Source: Capsulimonadaceae bacterium (GTDB taxonomy: Bacteria > Armatimonadota > Armatimonadia > Armatimonadales > Capsulimonadaceae). Taken from it: 64,000 nucleotides of DNA. The notes beneath the pieces were generated by a model, which was given only the letters and a program-made list of their open reading frames with translations, did not search any database and was not told the DNA's origin. The position numbers and the translations under genes are program-made. Numbering within the stretch: position 1 is the stretch's first letter; each line of letters begins with the position of its first letter. The stretch is from contig OZ244065.1 in assembly GCA_965215505.1 (NCBI GenBank), positions 2,368,001 to 2,432,000 of the forward strand, read 5' to 3'. Shown here piece after piece: positions 58,247 through 64,000 of this stretch.

Positions 58247-58967
58247 ACCCAACCGCCCGCTCCTCGGCGTCCTCCTCGGCTTCGCCTGCGTCTTCTTCCT
58301 GTTCGTGAAGCGGGAGGAGAAGAAGCCGCCCCAAGACGACGCGGAAGCGATGCTTCAACACGCCCAGCAGCAGATGCGCGAGTCGCAGGCGAAGAACCGT
58401 TCGCGGGCGGTGGAGGCGATTACTCAGAAGAATAACCTGCAAGCCCTTTTTGACCAGACGCAGAAAATGGTGAATAACCTACAGGCGAAAGCACAGAAGG
58501 CCCGTGAAGAAGGGGATACCGGCCTTGAGCGTCAACTGACGGTGGAACAGGAGCGGTACGAACGGTCATTGGAAAAGATGGAGATCACTTTGCAGAGCGC
58601 GATCGGGGCTGCCGAGGCCGTCAAGACCGCCATGCGCCGAGAAGAGGAAGGCATCCGCACAAAGACCGCCGAGGCATTGTCGATGAAGGCGCAGTACCGG
58701 CAGGCGCAGATCGAGTTCGAGATCGAACAAAGCCGCCTGGGCATGACGACGACGAAGGCGGGCGACCTGTTCGAGCGTGCCCAGGCCAAAATTCAGCAGG
58801 CACAGGCGCGGCGGGACCTGATGGCGCGGATACGGAAGGCGGCGGAGGCATTGGAAGAAGCCGCCGAAGCGGCGGAGCGCAATGGGGATGCGGCTCTGAG
58901 CCGACGGCTGCTGTCGGAGCAGGAAGGTTTGAAGCGGGCGGCGCTCGACCCGAAGTTATGGCAATAA
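58236..58967 (+). CDS. PspA/IM30-like coiled-coil protein with N-terminal TM
   Basis: Hydrophobic N-terminus; MLQHAQQQMRE...AVEAITQKNNLQ; long heptads; FERAQAKI. Confidence 0.65.
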   Translation: MTTEPNRPLLGVLLGFACVFFLFVKREEKKPPQDDAEAMLQHAQQQMRESQAKNRSRAVEAITQKNNLQALFDQTQKMVNNLQAKAQKAREEGDTGLERQLTVEQERYERSLEKMEITLQSAIGAAEAVKTAMRREEEGIRTKTAEALSMKAQYRQAQIEFEIEQSRLGMTTTKAGDLFERAQAKIQQAQARRDLMARIRKAAEALEEAAEAAERNGDAALSRRLLSEQEGLKRAALDPKLWQ

Positions 58968-59107
58968 ACTCGGGCAGAGGGGCAACAGACCGGCACGGCC
59001 TGTCCCCGTGCATTTGTTCCCTTGTCCCTTGAACAAATCTTGGTGCAGCGAGTGATTTTAATCACTCGTCCTTCCTGCCCCCGTTTACCAGGGAGTACGA
59101 GGTCAGA

Positions 59108-59129
59108 GGGGCGCGGCTTGCCGCGCCCC

Positions 59130-59133
<4 letters not shown>
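59108..59133 (-). repeat. REP-like hairpin (GTAA variant) supplying the glpK stop
   Basis: GTAAGGGGCGCGGCAAGCCGCGCCCC. Confidence 0.6.
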
Positions 59134-60628
<1,495 letters not shown>

Positions 60629-60632
<4 letters not shown>

Positions 60633-62398
60633 GGAGCCGATCCTGTCTGCACCGTTGCGTTCGACCAGTCTTCGCGGGCCGGCTTGGACACGGCGGGTTC
60701 GGCGGGGCTGCGGGAGCCGTCGCCGCCGGGCTGCTCCTGGTACTCGCGCCGGACGACGGCGAGGTATGCCGCCACCTGCCGGTCGGTCTCGGCCTCATCC
60801 CAATCCAGTTCGACGGCCATGAGTTCGGCCACGGCGCGGGCGACTCCCAGCCCCTGCTCCCGGTCTTCCAAAACAAGCCGGGTGCGGCGGGACAGCACAT
60901 CGTCCAGGGTCAGCGCCATCTCGTGGCGGCAGGCATGGACGACTTCAGCCCACAGGTACGGCAGGTCAGGGATGATGCGACTGCCCAGACGCGCGTTTCC
61001 CTCGGCCAATGCCAGGACACGCCGCAGGTTCGCGCCGTAGGCGGCGCAGAGGTGGGAACGGACGTCCAAGGGCAGGTCGAGCGCACGGTCCGCGATGACG
61101 CGGGCGACGCCGGGCCAGCCCGCACTGCCGTCCAGCGGCAGGGCGCGGGTGACGGCGGAGGGCGGGCCACCGTCGCGGCGGGCGACGTGGTCCATGGTGT
61201 CCTCGGCCATCCGCCGCCAGGTCGTGAGCTTACCGCCGACGATGGAGACCATGCCTGCGGGGCCGTCTAGGACGGCGTGGGAGCGCGAGAGGGTGGCCGA
61301 CGCAGACTGGTCGGCGCTCTGGCTCTTGATGAGCGGGCGGAAACCGGCATAGGTCGCGAGGATGTTCCGGCGCTGCAACGGGACGCGCAAATAGCGGTTG
61401 CAGGTGTCGAGCAGGTAGTTGACATCTTGAGCCGTCGTCGTGGGTTCGTCCACCACCCCGCCCTCGGTGTCCGTCGTGCCAACGAGGACGCGGCTCCCCC
61501 AGGGGATGAGGAAAATCAGGCGCCCGTCTTCCGTTTCAGGCAAGACGACCGCCTTATCGGTCATGGGGAGCGCGTCGCGGGAGAAGACCAGGTGAACGCC
61601 TTTGGCCGGCTCGACCGAAAGCTGCGAGGGGAGGCCGGTCAGCTCCTCCACCCGCTGCGCGAAGACCCCGGCGGCGTTGACGACGTGGCGGGCGCGGACC
61701 GTGTACGTTTGGCCTGTTAACGTGTCCCGCAGCAGGACCGCCCCGATCTTGCCCTCCGCCATGTCAAATCCGCTCACTTCAACGTAATTGGCGGCCAACG
61801 CGCCCGACCGGACCGCCGTCCGCAGGACGGCGATCGTCAGGCGGACATCATCGGTCTGGCCGTCGAAGTAGGTGAAGGCGTGGGCCATGCCTTCCGTTTT
61901 GAGGGCCGGGGCGTCGCGCCATGCTTCGTCAAGTGCCAGGCGGCGGTGGCGGCGGATGTTCAGCCGCCCTGCCAGAATGTCATAGAGCAGCAGGCCGGAC
62001 TGGACGATGAGGTCCAGGCCCAGCCCGAACGGCGGCACGAAGGGTGCCCCGAGCGGGCGTCGGTTCCAGCGGTAGAGCGGCAGGACGAAGGCGAGGGGCT
62101 TGACGATCCAGGGGGCGTTGCGGAAGAGCAGCCCGCGCTCGACGAGCGCCTCCCGGACCAGGGCGAAGTCGAACTGCGGCAGGTAGCGGATGCCGCCGTG
62201 GACGAGCTTGGTGGACTTGCTGGAGGTGCCCGAGGCAAAGTCGCCCTTCTCGGCCAGCCCAACGCGGTAGCCCCGCGCGGCGGCATCCAGAGCCACCGAG
62301 ACGCCGGTGATGCCGCCGCCGATGACGAACACCTCCACCCCGTCCCGCGCCATCCGCTCCAGCGCGGCGATACGTTCGTGTCGAGAGAAAGCCTCCAT
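60629..62398 (-). CDS. glpD: FAD-dependent glycerol-3-phosphate dehydrogenase/oxidase
   Basis: [42 protein letters not shown]. Confidence 0.93.
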
Positions 62399-62450
62399 CG
62401 CTTTTCCTGTCGTATGTAGACGGATCGGTTAGAATCGATTGGAAAATCGC

Positions 62451-62672
62451 TTACATCGGCAGATAGACTTCGGGTGACGCTTCCTGCCCCAGCCCTTCCA
62501 CATAGGCGCGCGCCTCGACCGTCATGGCGCGGATGTGGCTGACATAGGCTTCGGCGATGACGGGGAAGACATGAGCGTTCTGCTCGCTCACGTCGCGTCG
62601 CAGGCCTTCGAGCGCATCGGCGGCCCACGCGATCTGCCCCAGTGCCCCTTCCAGTTGTGCCATGTCTGCCAT
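62451..62672 (-). CDS. Small helical hypothetical protein
   Basis: 73 aa amphipathic ORF filling the intergenic gap. Confidence 0.55.
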   Translation of the reverse strand: MADMAQLEGALGQIAWAADALEGLRRDVSEQNAHVFPVIAEAYVSHIRAMTVEARAYVEGLGQEASPEVYLPM

Positions 62673-62709
62673 GATCTCTCTGCCCGTGTCACACGGAAGC
62701 ACAAAAAAA

Positions 62710-62734
62710 GGGCGGGGACAAGCCCCGCCCCTAT
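62710..62734 (-). repeat. REP-like hairpin/terminator (ATAG variant)
   Basis: ATAGGGGCGGGGCTTGTCCCCGCCC followed by T-run on the - strand. Confidence 0.6.
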
Positions 62735-62737
62735 GGG

Positions 62738-64000
62738 CTATTCGTCGTCCCCGTCGTCGAAATCCGCGCCGTCGAAGTCGCCGGCCCGGCCCGTTGGGGG
62801 GACGGGGATGTCCAGAGTGTCGTCGTCGGCGGTGTCGGCGGCGAGGATGCCGGCGATGCGGTCGGCGGGGGCGGGTTCGGACGGCTCGCCGAAGGCGGCC
62901 TGGGCGTCGGCGGTCACGTCAAGGACGGGGGCGGGCGTCCGGCGCGGGGGGAGGCCGGGGAGGAGGGTGGCGATGTCGAGGGGCGGGTCGGCGGACTCGC
63001 CGGACACCGAGGTGCCTCCGGCCAGTTTGGCCTCGCGCTCGGCGTCGCGGCGGGCGCGGGCGGCGGCGCGGCGGCGCTGCCACCGGCTGCGGCGGGCGGG
63101 GGCACCGGCGCTGTCGCCGCCCTCCTCGCCCTCGGCGGGTTCGTCCGCTTCGTCCCCGTCGGCGGGATCGCCGGGGACGGTGACGGCCTGCAACTCGGCC
63201 ACGGCCATGACGGGGCCGGTCGGGGCGGGGCTGGTGTCAAAGCCGGCCAGCAGGTCCTCCACGTCGGCGGGATCACTGAGGGCAGTCGGCGCGGGCGGCG
63301 TGTCCCGGCCTGAGCGCGGCGGGGGTGAGACGACGGGCGGCTCGCTCATGGGCGGCGCGTCGGCGACCTCAGCGGACTGGGCCGGGAGGTCGAGGCCGGT
63401 CGCGGCGGCAAGCTCGCGGCCTTCCCCCCACAGGAACAGGCGCGTGGCGCGGGCGCGGACGAAGGCGCGGAAGGAGCGCGTGTTGGTGGCGATGATCTTG
63501 TTGTCAAAGACGTCGTACACCGAGGCCTTCCGGGGCAGGCTGACCGTCCTCTGGCCCGTGGAGGAGCCGTGGATGGTCAGGGAGCCGTCCGCCCCGGCGT
63601 AAACGCTGTCATCCTGGCCGTCGTAGACGGGGACGCCGGCGTAGGCGTACAGGCCGCGCAGAAGCTCCATCGTCAGGTACGGGTCGCCGAAGAAGGCCGA
63701 CTTCCAGCCGCCTTTATGCTCGCGCGTGGCGAGCGAGGTCGCGCCCGTGGAGACGTACTCGGCCACGACGGTCGCCTGCGGGTCGGAGACGGCATAGAGG
63801 GGGTTCAGTATCTCCTCCTGGCCGATCTTCCGCGTGCCGCGGATGCGGTCGGAGATCGGGTGCTTGCCCTCGGTGAGCTGTGAGCCGCCGCGCGAGTTCC
63901 AGGGCTGCGGACGCAGGGCCAGGCCGACGACCTCGCCGACGTCCTCCGTGGAAGGGCCGTTCTCGTCGAAAACACCCGGCGCATACAGCCAGGCCAGCGT
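62738..64000 (-). CDS. C-terminal part of a large protein (GH42-like trimerisation-type domain + acidic disordered tail); 5' end outside the window
   Basis: Frame open to 64000: TLAWLYAPGVFD...LLRGLY.YAGV.VY...L.IH. Confidence 0.6.
   Translation of the reverse strand, partial: TLAWLYAPGVFDENGPSTEDVGEVVGLALRPQPWNSRGGSQLTEGKHPISDRIRGTRKIGQEEILNPLYAVSDPQATVVAEYVSTGATSLATREHKGGWKSAFFGDPYLTMELLRGLYAYAGVPVYDGQDDSVYAGADGSLTIHGSSTGQRTVSLPRKASVYDVFDNKIIATNTRSFRAFVRARATRLFLWGEGRELAAATGLDLPAQSAEVADAPPMSEPPVVSPPPRSGRDTPPAPTALSDPADVEDLLAGFDTSPAPTGPVMAVAELQAVTVPGDPADGDEADEPAEGEEGGDSAGAPARRSRWQRRRAAARARRDAEREAKLAGGTSVSGESADPPLDIATLLPGLPPRRTPAPVLDVTADAQAAFGEPSEPAPADRIAGILAADTADDDTLDIPVPPTGRAGDFDGADFDDGDDE

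Overview
High-GC bacterial chromosomal window, probably Armatimonadota (inferred from the DUF1559/H-X9-DG prepilin-type protein and gene content). It has about 55 CDSs, and I recognised no rRNA, tRNA or CRISPR array. Housekeeping and metabolic genes include aspS, rpsT, a cold-shock protein, glpD-glpK, an acyl-ACP desaturase, a class-III aminotransferase and a GH35 beta-galactosidase. A hexuronate cluster (exuT / LarA-family epimerase-uxaE-uxaC-SDR) is present. Signalling genes include a SpoIIE phosphatase, a GAF anti-sigma kinase next to csbD, TPR-GGDEF-HD-GYP, a PAS-PAS chemoreceptor and an orphan GGDEF. Mobile or selfish DNA: an intact IS1182 nested in the left inverted repeat of a dead IS256, which itself truncates a secreted-protein gene; an Ala1 class-3 LAGLIDADG intein in a SWIM-Snf2 helicase; and a vapBC-type TA stack. 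The most striking non-coding structure is two dispersed palindrome families. The first is ~138-bp REPIN-like elements with covarying YAGCC-stem-TTYA-stem-GG arms that bracket a stand-alone IS200-like HUH transposase. The second is GTAG-type REPs, several of which supply the stop codon of the upstream gene. All product calls are from motif recognition by eye; no database search was run.
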